IMG/VR virus record: IMGVR_UViG_3300023109_000007 | Coordinates: 1-64,000 of that record | Reading direction: 5' to 3' (one strand) | Source: a virus | DNA length: 64,000 bases | Shown here: one piece after another, positions 26,946 through 37,328 of the stretch | Layout of the letters: every line of letters begins with the position of its first letter | How positions within the stretch are numbered: the stretch's first letter is position 1 | Translations under genes and position numbers: made by a program | The notes under the pieces: generated by a model | Databases searched by the model: none | What the model was told of the DNA's origin: nothing | The model's input: the letters and a program-made list of their open reading frames with translations, nothing else

Positions 26946-27934
26946 TAAAATTTTACCTTATCTATAAATTGTCTATTCTTTACTGCTGCTCTCTGCAACA
27001 TCTTTACATTATGTTCTAAGCGTGGCTTTAAACTAATTAATAGTTCTTTCAAATCTTTGCGTTGCTTTAAGTTTTGTACTACATTACAAATCCATTTAAT
27101 TCTATCAGTATGCCATTGGTGTTTATATCCAGTGCCAAACAAATCGTCAAATGTATCAATGCCCCAACTATGAAGTATCTTATAAACGTTATCATCACCT
27201 AGCACAACAAACGGACGCATACCTATAATAGGCTTAAACACCTTTTCACTAACAAATACATTAGTATGTATCGTAGTTTCGCTAACAATGTTGAGAAAGT
27301 GAGAATTCCAATTGCTGCGTAATCCTAAACTAGTAATATCATTTGTAATGCCGCCTGCATCACCTGCTACGCTTTCGTCACCTTCTTTATTGACTACATC
27401 ACTTTTAAGTGTTATCGGAACTTCTAGTCCATGATAGTCCCATGGGTTCTCAAACTTTCCTAAACTTAGATATCCACAGTCCTGTAAACCTCTTGTTATT
27501 AAATGCTTTACTAAAAATATTCTATGCTCATGCGGCTTTCTATTTAGACACATATAAACTTTAGTAATATCATTATTTTCCATATCCATTACATCAGCAG
27601 TTTCATACTTGTACCAGTTGTCATGTATAAAGTCTAGCCAAAAACTCCAATAATGATCTCCATCATAGTTTCCAAAGCGTACAACATTAGGATGCTTATC
27701 TATTGCTTCGTTTGCTTTTGTTCTGCATTTTCTGTTTTCCCAATCCGGACCACTATAACAAACTATTTTTTTAGGATTAGATGCAAGTAATTCTTTAAGG
27801 TCATTGTCTTTTTCTATCCAAGTAGAATTTATAAATGAAACGCCTGGTCCACATTTTGATAATAGCTGTTGCTTAATTTTTTTGTCGTGCTGACCTATAA
27901 TTGTGGTTGAGTCAAAACCTTTATCATAATGCAT
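26945..27934 (-). CDS. Putative glycosyltransferase (GT10/GT-B-like TEK-motif family)
   Basis: YMCLNRKPHEHR...NIVSET...FVSEKVFKPI...PF...G...TF. The SEK/TEK segment recalls the alpha-1,3-fucosyltransferase motif. Paralog of 27924 and 30043. Confidence 0.5.
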   Translation of the reverse strand: MHYDKGFDSTTIIGQHDKKIKQQLLSKCGPGVSFINSTWIEKDNDLKELLASNPKKIVCYSGPDWENRKCRTKANEAIDKHPNVVRFGNYDGDHYWSFWLDFIHDNWYKYETADVMDMENNDITKVYMCLNRKPHEHRIFLVKHLITRGLQDCGYLSLGKFENPWDYHGLEVPITLKSDVVNKEGDESVAGDAGGITNDITSLGLRSNWNSHFLNIVSETTIHTNVFVSEKVFKPIIGMRPFVVLGDDNVYKILHSWGIDTFDDLFGTGYKHQWHTDRIKWICNVVQNLKQRKDLKELLISLKPRLEHNVKMLQRAAVKNRQFIDKVKF

Positions 27935-29243
27935 GAGTATTCTCCAGCCAAGTCATTACATTTACCCATTTTTGCTTTCCTTTATGTTCAAAGAAAACAT
28001 TTCGGTTGTGTACACATTTGTCTTTTATGTATTGACTTCCTAATATGTGATCTTTATTGCCGTCGACAATATTTTGTACATTTCTCAAAAGCAAATCACT
28101 CCTTTGTCTTATGTCAGTAATTTTGTCATACTCCTCATCAAATAATTCAGGAAATGTTTCATATCCATAGTGACGTAGAAAGTGTAGTGTGTTTACTTGG
28201 CTTGCAACTAAGAAAGGATGAAAATTAACAATTGGCTGATAAATTTTTTCTGTTATGAAAAGTACGTCTTCTACATTTACAGGTTCGTATGTTGTTTCTG
28301 TAACAAAAGAAAAATCACTATCTAAATAATGATGATTAATTAATGCACGTTGATTGTATCCTTGTTCTATTTCAGTTCCGTCATAATCAATAATGTAAGG
28401 AGCATCTTGTAGGAACATGTTTAATGGCTGTTCAAGGCTTTTGTGATGTTCTTCATCTAAACAATATTTGTCAATACTTTCATACATTGCATCAGTATGA
28501 AATCTATCTACATGAGGTTCAAAATATCTATTCAACCAACTGTAATAACTATGTCTTAGTAAATCACGTTTATAAAATTCCGCTGCAAAGAATACACGTT
28601 GATGTCTTGGATTGGCATTCTTAAATATAAACCGTTTGCTTTTTGGAGCATCGTAGTTTAGAAACGTGTCTACATCTAATGGCTTATCGTCCATTTGTGT
28701 AATTTCCATATTATACGTTGCTTCAAAACTGTCCATGCCATATACGTTAATTTCACTGTAGCCTTTTCTCTTTCGCCAAGCTGCAAAATTTTTCTGTATG
28801 TTTATATCACCAAACACAAGAAAAACTTTATGTGCAGGTATTGCTAAGTCTTTAACACAGAAATCAATAATTTCCATAAACCTTGGCATAGTTAAACTAA
28901 AGCCTTCATTTGGAAACCATAATAGTAACTTTAGTTTACTATCTAAATCACGTATTAGATTCAATGGCTCTTCATCAATATGTTCAAATACATTACGATA
29001 TACAAATGCATGGTCAATCCAATCAATTTCAATATGATAGAAAGCTGGCTGTCCTACATAGTCCTTAGGGGTAGTACGCTGAACAGGTATATCTAGATAG
29101 TCACATACTTCTGTAATAAACTTTGGCTTTACACTCTTAAATTGATTGTACTTATATGCTTCTCTAGTACGCAACTCTTTAGGAACACCATTTGGTATCC
29201 ATTTCTCGCCAACAACTCCGGATTGGTAATACAGCGTTATCAT
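27924..29243 (-). CDS. Putative glycosyltransferase (GT10/GT-B-like TEK-motif family)
   Basis: FIFKNANPRHQR...SFVTET...FITEKIYQPIVNFHPF...LRHYGYETFPELFDEEYD. Confidence 0.5.
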   Translation of the reverse strand: MITLYYQSGVVGEKWIPNGVPKELRTREAYKYNQFKSVKPKFITEVCDYLDIPVQRTTPKDYVGQPAFYHIEIDWIDHAFVYRNVFEHIDEEPLNLIRDLDSKLKLLLWFPNEGFSLTMPRFMEIIDFCVKDLAIPAHKVFLVFGDINIQKNFAAWRKRKGYSEINVYGMDSFEATYNMEITQMDDKPLDVDTFLNYDAPKSKRFIFKNANPRHQRVFFAAEFYKRDLLRHSYYSWLNRYFEPHVDRFHTDAMYESIDKYCLDEEHHKSLEQPLNMFLQDAPYIIDYDGTEIEQGYNQRALINHHYLDSDFSFVTETTYEPVNVEDVLFITEKIYQPIVNFHPFLVASQVNTLHFLRHYGYETFPELFDEEYDKITDIRQRSDLLLRNVQNIVDGNKDHILGSQYIKDKCVHNRNVFFEHKGKQKWVNVMTWLENTHAL

Positions 29244-30052
29244 GTGTATGCTCCTTTAAAGTGCGGTAGCCAAAAGTTTTGTACAAAATCTTCGTGTGCT
29301 TCGTAACTAGGATGATTATCGTATCCATCGTCCCATGTGTTTAGATTATTGAGTGTATACTCTCGAAGTCCGCCGTCTTCATTGTCTGTAAACAAAAACT
29401 TATTCCAATGTATTTCATCTTGTAAAGTTACAAACTGATCAGCACACCATGTTTTGTATTCTTTTACAAATGCTCTAAATGTAGTAAATCTATATTCCCA
29501 ACCTTTAAGTTCGCACATCTGTTGAACAAGCAAAATATTCGAAAGTGTTTGATGCCACATAGCATTTTGATTCCACATAAACTTTGAGTAAGATCTAAAT
29601 GCATCTACATACTGTATGTCAATATCAAAGTTATTGCTCCACCTTGTTTTTTCACTAACGTTACCACCATTCAATAACCAATAATTTCCTGTTATTTTTT
29701 GAATGTCACCGTTTGCACTTGTTAGTGCATATACTCCAGGATTCATATCGTTATCGGATTCAGTATTGTTTTGGAATAACATATCTACATAAGGTGTTTC
29801 TGTTTCATGTAGTGGAAATTCGCTTCTAGTAGGAGAACTCCACATGATGCTTATGTCAGGCGTGAATCCTTCTCGTTCTGCTTTCAATGCACAGTCAATT
29901 ACAGCACTTGCAATAAATTTATTGCCGGCTCCGCTTTTACTTACATTCCGAGAATTGTTATAGTTAAGTAAATCACGTTGGATAACTCTTGCCCAGCTAT
30001 TATGCATGTCTGTAAAGCTACATCCTCCGAATATATGAAATTTTACAGCCAT
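29240..30052 (-). CDS. SGNH/GDSL-like hydrolase or O-acyltransferase
   Basis: Block I GGCSFT, block II SGAGN, C-terminal DNHPSYEAH (DxH block V). Confidence 0.6.
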   Translation of the reverse strand: MAVKFHIFGGCSFTDMHNSWARVIQRDLLNYNNSRNVSKSGAGNKFIASAVIDCALKAEREGFTPDISIMWSSPTRSEFPLHETETPYVDMLFQNNTESDNDMNPGVYALTSANGDIQKITGNYWLLNGGNVSEKTRWSNNFDIDIQYVDAFRSYSKFMWNQNAMWHQTLSNILLVQQMCELKGWEYRFTTFRAFVKEYKTWCADQFVTLQDEIHWNKFLFTDNEDGGLREYTLNNLNTWDDGYDNHPSYEAHEDFVQNFWLPHFKGAYT

Positions 30053-31023
30053 GTTTGTATTTCCTCATTTGATATCTTCATTTGTAAAAATCGTTGCTGA
30101 TTATACTTTAGTCTTTGTTGTATATCATTTTTATCTATCGAATCTATGCTATTAAGATATTTACTTAGACTGTGTATCGCACTGTTGAATCTTGATATAT
30201 CTTCGTGAATTGTATCGTATGTGTTGTCTAGTATGTCGTCAAATGTATCATATCCTTGTTGTCTTAAGAATTCTAATAAATTAGGCTGTCCTATATACAA
30301 AGCTAAATGGCAGTTTGCAATAGGCTTCCAAGTTTTTTCTGTTATAAATAATCCTCGACTAGCTTCAGGATATGTTTCAGTTACTAAACTAATGCTTGTT
30401 TCTTCGTATATCCATTTATTATGCAATCTGTCATTTTTGTGTATCTCGCTATTTGATCTATCAACAACTAGATGACTATGTCTATCACGCATGTGGTCAA
30501 TTTCTGGTGTATCTTTTTTGTACATTTCTTTAAATGTATCGTAGTGATAATTATTATTAAGCTGGTTATATCTATTTAGGAAACTCACTAATCCAGTATC
30601 ATACAACCCTGTGTCGTATAACATTTGTAGGGTATAGTAACGATGCCAGTCAGGCCTTCCATTCAAACACAAAAACTTTTTAGCAAATGTATTTTGATTA
30701 TTTGTTTGTACTCCTAATTCCTTTATATGTGTAAGATAGTCGTATGCCCAGTAATTAAAGAATATGCCTTTAGACATATTTGCGTTACAGTGAATTACTT
30801 TACCAAAGTTATTGAAGTAATCAATATCTATATATGCAGGATCTCCTTCAGTATGAAATATTACTAGCGGAGTGTCTTTGTCATATTCTATATTACCTTT
30901 GCCTTCTATATGCTCGCATATCTGCAGATTGCCTTTAAAGTCTGAATATTTTTCAATAACAGAACCTAGTCTATTAGTATTAAGACACTCAAATGTACCT
31001 TTTGCTAAAGTAATTTTTGCCAT
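30043..31023 (-). CDS. Putative glycosyltransferase (GT10/GT-B-like TEK-motif family)
   Basis: FLCLNGRPDWHR...SLVTET...FITEKTWKPI...LRQQGYDTFDDILDNTYD. Confidence 0.5.
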   Translation of the reverse strand: MAKITLAKGTFECLNTNRLGSVIEKYSDFKGNLQICEHIEGKGNIEYDKDTPLVIFHTEGDPAYIDIDYFNNFGKVIHCNANMSKGIFFNYWAYDYLTHIKELGVQTNNQNTFAKKFLCLNGRPDWHRYYTLQMLYDTGLYDTGLVSFLNRYNQLNNNYHYDTFKEMYKKDTPEIDHMRDRHSHLVVDRSNSEIHKNDRLHNKWIYEETSISLVTETYPEASRGLFITEKTWKPIANCHLALYIGQPNLLEFLRQQGYDTFDDILDNTYDTIHEDISRFNSAIHSLSKYLNSIDSIDKNDIQQRLKYNQQRFLQMKISNEEIQTWL

Positions 31024-31862
31024 AAACTTACACTTTCAAATCCGTTTTGTGTGCCGCTAGTATTGCATCCTTTACACGCCGCTAAACTACTTCGGTTACC
31101 TTTGTCTAATTTTTTTCTAACTTCGACAAATTGTTCACTATTCCATAATTCACTAAATGCTATATTATTAATATTTCCAAATGGCTGTTGTTTCCTACTC
31201 CAATCGTTACAGCATAGTCGAACTTGTCCGTCCCAGTCTATAAATGCTTTATAAAATGGTAACCAACAAGGCCTAAATACAGTTTCTTCCTTTGATACTA
31301 GTCCTCCTCGGTTATTGTAATTGTATTGTTCAATCAAATCCGGGCTACCAGTATCGTGATGATTTCGTATACGATAACTTATGTTACAATCTTGCAATAG
31401 ATCTTGCACTTTGTTGTACTGTTCATTGCCATCATAACAATCAACAATAAGCATACTAAGTCCTGCATCAGATAATTGTGTGTGAGTTAATTGGCCTGAC
31501 AAGAGTCTATCGCCGTTAGTAATAATTTCTGTGTAGTATACAGAAAATATCTTTATAAGTTCAAGTATCTGTGGATTGAGAGTAGGTTCGCCAAATCCTG
31601 TTATATGTATGTCGCCAGTATAATTTGCTGCTTGCAATCCTTTGACAAGATTGTTTGCTGTGTCTAATGTCATTTGTAAATTTTGATTAGGATATACTGC
31701 AGGATTACTACGTGGACAAAAACTGCACGTTCTATTACATAACTCAGTAGGATTAACTTCAACAACTCCTAAGCCTAGTAGTAAAGGATTACCAATGTTA
31801 GCTTTTAGATATCTGTTGTTCCTATAACTAATATGGTCTTGGACATTAAAATTTTGAGACAT
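31005..31862 (-). CDS. Radical SAM protein with C-terminal SPASM/twitch domain
   Basis: TELCNRTCSFC; GFGEP; TNGD; NRGG...PCWLPF...LCCNDW...GN...CKGC. The start is likely 31862 (track 31898). Confidence 0.9.
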   Translation of the reverse strand: MSQNFNVQDHISYRNNRYLKANIGNPLLLGLGVVEVNPTELCNRTCSFCPRSNPAVYPNQNLQMTLDTANNLVKGLQAANYTGDIHITGFGEPTLNPQILELIKIFSVYYTEIITNGDRLLSGQLTHTQLSDAGLSMLIVDCYDGNEQYNKVQDLLQDCNISYRIRNHHDTGSPDLIEQYNYNNRGGLVSKEETVFRPCWLPFYKAFIDWDGQVRLCCNDWSRKQQPFGNINNIAFSELWNSEQFVEVRKKLDKGNRSSLAACKGCNTSGTQNGFESVSLWQKLL

Positions 31863-32892
31863 AACTATCAGGAATAATAAGTTTATTACTCCAATCAATT
31901 CCTTTTCGATTTGCAGGATGCTCGTTGTTTATAATCACAATACTTTTGTCTTTTGTATGTGTTACACACTTTTGCGGGTCAACAAATAATAATAGTTCAA
32001 ATATATCACCTAAGAATTCTTTTTCTATATGTATACTAATACCACTATACGCACACTTGCTTGGCAATTCTTCCATTGGTAAGTTGCATTGTAGTAAATC
32101 AAATTTATTAAATAGCCCTTTAGTACGATCAAAGAATTTAAAGTTTAACATGTCCGTATGCACTTTGCAGTCAGTTGGATTGTTTACTACCATAGGCAAA
32201 CTTCTAAACACTAAATCACTCCATTGATCTAATTTAATTTGTGTAAAGCCTTCAAAGTTTGTTGGCATAAGTTTTTCGGGCCAAGCGTCAGAACCTAAAA
32301 ATTCGTATGTAAAGTCTTTGGTTGTTTTACCAGTATCTACACTGTTAACAAATAAACGTTCCTCAACTTCTGTTCTAAACAATATTGTATCGCTACTCAG
32401 TAAACTTTTGCGCAATGTTTCTTCATCAGTTATTACAACACCTTTATCACGTAGTTCTTTAAATGCATTTTGTTCTTTATGTACAGTAAGCATTAAAGGC
32501 ATTGTCTTACAATTAAGAAACTTTGCTGCTACACACCTATTGGTTCCGGGATGAACCATATATGTTCCATCGTCCATATGATTTACTGCCTTGACACTAT
32601 TCTTCCATCCGGTCTGACAATAGCTTTGTACTAACCAAAGTATTTTTTCAAAATGATGTACAACTATGTTTTCACCGCCCATTGGTGTAATTAATGCTTT
32701 AACTGAAAAATCTTCAACTACACTTTTTGCAATACTCTTATCACCATGCGGATTTTCTAACAGCCAATCATGTAATCTATCTTCGTCAAACTTTAGCCAC
32801 CAACGTAATGTCTCCATTGGTGCTTCAAATAATATTACAACGTGGTCATCAAACCAATCTTTATCAAAGAAATCTTTACCTTGAGTAGACAT
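31846..32892 (-). CDS. Hypothetical protein, possibly with a ParB/sulfiredoxin-like N-terminal domain
   Basis: YMVHPGTNRCVAAKFL weakly resembles the ParB/Srx IxGxHRxxAxxxL motif. The ORF itself is clearly real (348 aa, in operon). Confidence 0.4.
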   Translation of the reverse strand: MSTQGKDFFDKDWFDDHVVILFEAPMETLRWWLKFDEDRLHDWLLENPHGDKSIAKSVVEDFSVKALITPMGGENIVVHHFEKILWLVQSYCQTGWKNSVKAVNHMDDGTYMVHPGTNRCVAAKFLNCKTMPLMLTVHKEQNAFKELRDKGVVITDEETLRKSLLSSDTILFRTEVEERLFVNSVDTGKTTKDFTYEFLGSDAWPEKLMPTNFEGFTQIKLDQWSDLVFRSLPMVVNNPTDCKVHTDMLNFKFFDRTKGLFNKFDLLQCNLPMEELPSKCAYSGISIHIEKEFLGDIFELLLFVDPQKCVTHTKDKSIVIINNEHPANRKGIDWSNKLIIPDSYVSKF

Positions 32893-32893
32893 A

Positions 32894-34009
32894 TTACTCT
32901 CCTAATAATAGTGTGTTTAGTTCAGGAAATACTTGTGCAAAATTTTCTTCCCTGTGTTTATCTAATATATGCGTATATTTAAAGAAACTATCAATTGCTC
33001 CGTTGCAATTAGACATTTGATCTGCAAATGGTTTGAATTTATCATTGCCAAGTTTATCTTTAATTACTTGATGTGCATGTTGAGGTATTGCTTGCACATT
33101 ATAGTGCTTAGGCCCATGTAGTGCGTTTAAGAACAACCGGTCTTCAGGAAGACCAAGTGTGTTAAACCATTGTTGAAATTCTGGCAAATATAATATATTA
33201 AAAATATTTACAGTGTGGCAAATACTTGTGTGCAAGAACGGTTGTTCATTTGCAAAACGCAGATTACTTTCAGCTTCTTTCCAAACTGCTGGATGACGTT
33301 GGTATTCAAACTGTTTGCCTGTGCCGTCAATACTAAACATAAGTTCAACCCATTTAAATTCTTTCCAAAGATCTAACATTTTTTGTGTGGGCTTTATTGT
33401 AGTATTAGTATTATAGTGTAAACTAATTTTATGTGCATGACCTCTTTCTACACACTTTTCTAATAATTCAAAATGTTTCTTAATTAATAAAGGTTCACCG
33501 CCTGTGAAATCTAGCCATTCAATATACTCAATTACTCTTTCAAGGTCACGCCAAATAGGACTATTATCTTCTATCCAGTAACTTTTAAGGTTAGGATTAA
33601 GAACTTCTCCGTATAATAATTTTTCATCTTCGGCCCATTTGAAACTGCTAAAGCTGCTACATATTCTGCACTTTAAATTACACACTGTTCCTAGCTTTAG
33701 ATCATAATAGATAGGCGGACCTAGTTTTCCAATCCTATGAAACATATGTTCAAAGCGTTCATTATCTGCTTGACGTTTACTACGTATACCCTGCGATTCG
33801 TTTTTCCAACATTGGTTACAACCAGCAGGTTTCTTTCCTGCTAAGAAATCTTTGCGCAATGTTTTCATTTCTTCACTAGACCAGATTTTGCTTAGACCGT
33901 CTGTGCCAAAGTGTCCTACAGCTGGTCCTTCATATAAGCAACAAGGCTTTGCATTGCCTACTGCATCAGCTTCAATATGTATCCAAGGATTTATACAAAT
34001 ATCACTCAA
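32894..34009 (-). CDS. Radical SAM protein with N-terminal twitch domain (subfamily B)
   Basis: CINPWIH...KPCC...CNQCWKNE..GIRSKR; DLKLGTVCNLKCRIC; TGGEP; YNTN; SIDG...YQRHP. Confidence 0.9.
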   Translation of the reverse strand: MSDICINPWIHIEADAVGNAKPCCLYEGPAVGHFGTDGLSKIWSSEEMKTLRKDFLAGKKPAGCNQCWKNESQGIRSKRQADNERFEHMFHRIGKLGPPIYYDLKLGTVCNLKCRICSSFSSFKWAEDEKLLYGEVLNPNLKSYWIEDNSPIWRDLERVIEYIEWLDFTGGEPLLIKKHFELLEKCVERGHAHKISLHYNTNTTIKPTQKMLDLWKEFKWVELMFSIDGTGKQFEYQRHPAVWKEAESNLRFANEQPFLHTSICHTVNIFNILYLPEFQQWFNTLGLPEDRLFLNALHGPKHYNVQAIPQHAHQVIKDKLGNDKFKPFADQMSNCNGAIDSFFKYTHILDKHREENFAQVFPELNTLLLGE

Positions 34010-34703
34010 TTGCGCTCCTAACCATAGGGTATATATATTCGTCTGCTACAAGTTTGTGTCCTTGAGGTGATATATGATAACCATTGTCAATGTAATGATT
34101 ATTATCTAAAAAGTTGTGTACACTATCTTGATGTACCGGTACTGGTAGTACTTTTTCTACATCTATAGGCGTTGGTACCCACGGAAAGAATATAATCTTG
34201 TCACCAAAGTTTTCTATATAAGATTTAAGCATATCTAGTTGACACATTAATTGTTCGGTAGCCAATGTACTAAATGTATGATTTTCGTATAAGAATTTTG
34301 TAGTAGTGTCAATATCACTTTTCTTACTTAAACTATTAGAGTATTCACCTACAGTAATCTTGTGTGTCTTTTCTTCTGTTATTCCCCAAAGGCGTGTATG
34401 CTTGCCTTCTCGTGTCCATACTGGTTGTTCTAGATTGTCATGAAATCGGTTGTCTAGAAAATTTTTCTTACCACTAATAGATATTTGCATTCTATCAAAT
34501 GTAGTTAACTGAAACAAAACAACTTTTGGTTTATACTTTTGGTAAAGTCTATATGCTGAGTATACTGCATACGCATTGTCTATGCCGGCATGTCCGCCAT
34601 TTATAACTGTTGTTCCGCACTTGTCTTGTAGATAAGCCGAAAAAGTTTCATTTGATTCTACACCAGTACCAAACGTCCAGCTGCATCCAATAGTAAGTAT
34701 CAT
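34002..34703 (-). CDS. SGNH/GDSL-like hydrolase or O-acyltransferase
   Basis: IGCSWTFGTG (block I), INGGHAG (block II), DNGYHISPQGH (block V). Confidence 0.65.
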   Translation of the reverse strand: MILTIGCSWTFGTGVESNETFSAYLQDKCGTTVINGGHAGIDNAYAVYSAYRLYQKYKPKVVLFQLTTFDRMQISISGKKNFLDNRFHDNLEQPVWTREGKHTRLWGITEEKTHKITVGEYSNSLSKKSDIDTTTKFLYENHTFSTLATEQLMCQLDMLKSYIENFGDKIIFFPWVPTPIDVEKVLPVPVHQDSVHNFLDNNHYIDNGYHISPQGHKLVADEYIYPMVRSAIE

Positions 34704-35890
34704 TTTACCAAGTCCTGTAATTCAGGAAATGTTTCTGCAAAATTTTCATTCCTAATTATGTCTACCATTTCTATGTTTTTCTTAAACTCTGGTATTAGAT
34801 GAGATGTATCTGCATCATTCATAAATTTTGCAACTGATAAGAATCCACGCTCAACTCTTTCTTCGCCCCATCTCTTACACTTTTCTGCCATATCTATATA
34901 TTTTTTAGTTAATTCTTTTTTCATGCTTGCAGGTAGTATTTGTAAACTTAGATGCTCAGGATGATGGACAATGTTAATATGAAAGTCTCTTGGGTGTCCT
35001 ATAAAGTTATCTTCTAATGCCCATTCGTAGAAATCTGTCATATGAAATGCATTTTGTACACTAACTGTAAAGTTAACAAAAAAGTTTATATCAGGTGCTT
35101 TTTGTATTATTGCTTTTCTATTAGCAACAATCTTATTCCAGTCAGTACCTTTACGTATATATTCTGCTCTTGCGCCGTAGCCATCTATACTTGCTCCTAC
35201 ATGTACGTTATCAAATCTAGGCCAAATGTCAAGAACATCAAGTTTTTTGTATCTTAACTGGCTAAGATTAGTATTATAACGAATGATAGTATCGTACTTT
35301 TGCATTTCATCTAGTTTATTTAAGATACGGTAATGTTCTTCCATTAGTAATGGCTCGCCGCCAGCAAAATAAATATCTTCTACTTTATCAAATAACGGTT
35401 CTATTTGATTCCACATGTTAATATTTTTACCTGGGTCAGGTAAGTCATTAGGTAATTGACCCCACATCTTTTTTTGATCTTCGTACCAACCTGTACTTAA
35501 CTGTGGACCGCAACTTCTGCAACGCATATTACATATATTAGAAAATCTAAAGTCCCAGTAGTGTATACTTAAATCATCTAAACTTCCGTCAGCATTTGTT
35601 GTTTGTAATAAATCCATATGATGCGAAAAAGTTTCATTCATATGTGTACGCAAACTTGTTCCGCCATTTGACTCATTAATAAAGCAGCGTTTACAACTTG
35701 CTGGTTGTTCATTGTTAAGAAACTGTGTACGCAACTTTTTCATATCATTGCCATTCCAAATTTCAGCAAGAGTATTTTGATTTAAATTACCAACTGAATC
35801 TTCCATAGCTGTTAAGCAACAAGGATATACATCGTTGTTAGGCCATGTATGTAAATGTATCCACGGTGATATGCATTTGTTGTCAGTCAT
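34700..35890 (-). CDS. Radical SAM protein with N-terminal twitch domain (subfamily B)
   Basis: CISPWIH...YPCC...CKRCFINE..GGTSLR; DFRFSNICNMRCRSC; AGGEP; YNTN; SIDG...EYIR. Confidence 0.9.
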   Translation of the reverse strand: MTDNKCISPWIHLHTWPNNDVYPCCLTAMEDSVGNLNQNTLAEIWNGNDMKKLRTQFLNNEQPASCKRCFINESNGGTSLRTHMNETFSHHMDLLQTTNADGSLDDLSIHYWDFRFSNICNMRCRSCGPQLSTGWYEDQKKMWGQLPNDLPDPGKNINMWNQIEPLFDKVEDIYFAGGEPLLMEEHYRILNKLDEMQKYDTIIRYNTNLSQLRYKKLDVLDIWPRFDNVHVGASIDGYGARAEYIRKGTDWNKIVANRKAIIQKAPDINFFVNFTVSVQNAFHMTDFYEWALEDNFIGHPRDFHINIVHHPEHLSLQILPASMKKELTKKYIDMAEKCKRWGEERVERGFLSVAKFMNDADTSHLIPEFKKNIEMVDIIRNENFAETFPELQDLVK

Positions 35891-37328
35891 ATGTTGCTAG
35901 AGGCTCATCAATATTTTTTGGATCTGGTTTTAGTATCCAACCTTCTTTTTCTGCAAGTTCCATAATACTTGCATCAGTGTCTGGAATACTTTCAACCCAG
36001 TCTGTTAGTATTTTAGGAAATACACTTAGGCTTTTGTTCCTACGTACATCATATTGCTGATAGAAAGTTTTAAAGTCACGCCACAACGTAGCAGGGTTAC
36101 TTGTACGTCTATGCGGAGCATCTACTGTAACTAAGTAATCTATCAAACGTTCAATACTTGCCTTTTCAAACTCGTGCCATAATTCTTTGTCTTTGTTTGC
36201 TGCATACCAAGTAGATAAATTTTTGTGGAGTTCATCTTTAATATGGTTAGGTAAAGCAAGTGGTGACTGAAAGCTAGGAAATCTCAAAAGGTTAACACTT
36301 ACACTTGGCCATTTACTTCCTGTTGTTTCTTTCAATTCATATATTTGATCTAAGAAATCTGTAATACTAAACAAGCATAAACTATTAATAGTCATCATTA
36401 CATGTAGATTTGCATTTGCTTCTGACAATATACGCTTTACATTGTTTAACCATTGTTCATAAACTAGCCCGTCACGTATATATTCTGCTTGAGCACCTAC
36501 AGCTTCACAACTTGTATAAATTTCAAAGTTCTTAATACCATGCGACTTTTGTATAAGTTTATCTATTATATCATTCTTAGCAATTAGATTACTATTAATT
36601 GCAAAACGCATCTTGCTATTTTGTGCTTCAAACCAATCAAACAATTTCCAAGTGTTATGGCTCATTAAAGGCTCGCCGCCTGTAATGCGTAGTTCTTCTA
36701 AACTACTGCTAAGTCCGTTTTCCCACCATTTCCAAAATGCTTGAATGTAAGGATTATCGTCATCATCTTTGTAAGGTTGTGTCCAACTGCCGTCTTGTCT
36801 AAATGCACCAGCACCATCACTTACTAAGTTTGTGTACTCGCCATTCTTTTTAATATCTTTAGCCCATGTGGTTGAGAAACTTGCATTACAATAACTACAT
36901 GCTAAGTTACACGTTCTGTCAAACGCAATTTCAAAAGTTTTGAGGTGAACATTTTCTGTGTAGTTCATATCATATGCACGTTGTAATTCGTCGTCATCAT
37001 AGATAATAGTTTTAAAGACTCTGTCACTAACAGCATCTTTTTTCATATCTTCCATTTTCCAACAATACTCACATTCAGCAGGTCGTTGTCCAACTTGCAT
37101 CTGCTTACGCATTTCCTTTTTGTGCTTTGTGTTGTGTATAGCAGTAAAGTCTGCTTCAACTTCTTCAAGCGGTATTTTGTGTGCTGGCGGGTGATGACAA
37201 CTTGTAGTAGTGCCGCTACCTAACCATGTAGTTGCATTATACCATTTAGCACCACAGAAGCTAGGACTTTTAGCGTTAATAACTCTGTCTCTATACTCTG
37301 TTAAACTTTCGTCGGGTTTCTTAGGCAT
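35883..37328 (-). CDS. Radical SAM protein with N-terminal His-rich twitch variant (subfamily B2)
   Basis: FCGAKW...SCHHPPAHKIP...HNTKHKK...CEYCW; CNLACSYC; TGGEP; NSNL; AEYIRDG. Confidence 0.9.
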   Translation of the reverse strand: MPKKPDESLTEYRDRVINAKSPSFCGAKWYNATTWLGSGTTTSCHHPPAHKIPLEEVEADFTAIHNTKHKKEMRKQMQVGQRPAECEYCWKMEDMKKDAVSDRVFKTIIYDDDELQRAYDMNYTENVHLKTFEIAFDRTCNLACSYCNASFSTTWAKDIKKNGEYTNLVSDGAGAFRQDGSWTQPYKDDDDNPYIQAFWKWWENGLSSSLEELRITGGEPLMSHNTWKLFDWFEAQNSKMRFAINSNLIAKNDIIDKLIQKSHGIKNFEIYTSCEAVGAQAEYIRDGLVYEQWLNNVKRILSEANANLHVMMTINSLCLFSITDFLDQIYELKETTGSKWPSVSVNLLRFPSFQSPLALPNHIKDELHKNLSTWYAANKDKELWHEFEKASIERLIDYLVTVDAPHRRTSNPATLWRDFKTFYQQYDVRRNKSLSVFPKILTDWVESIPDTDASIMELAEKEGWILKPDPKNIDEPLATYD

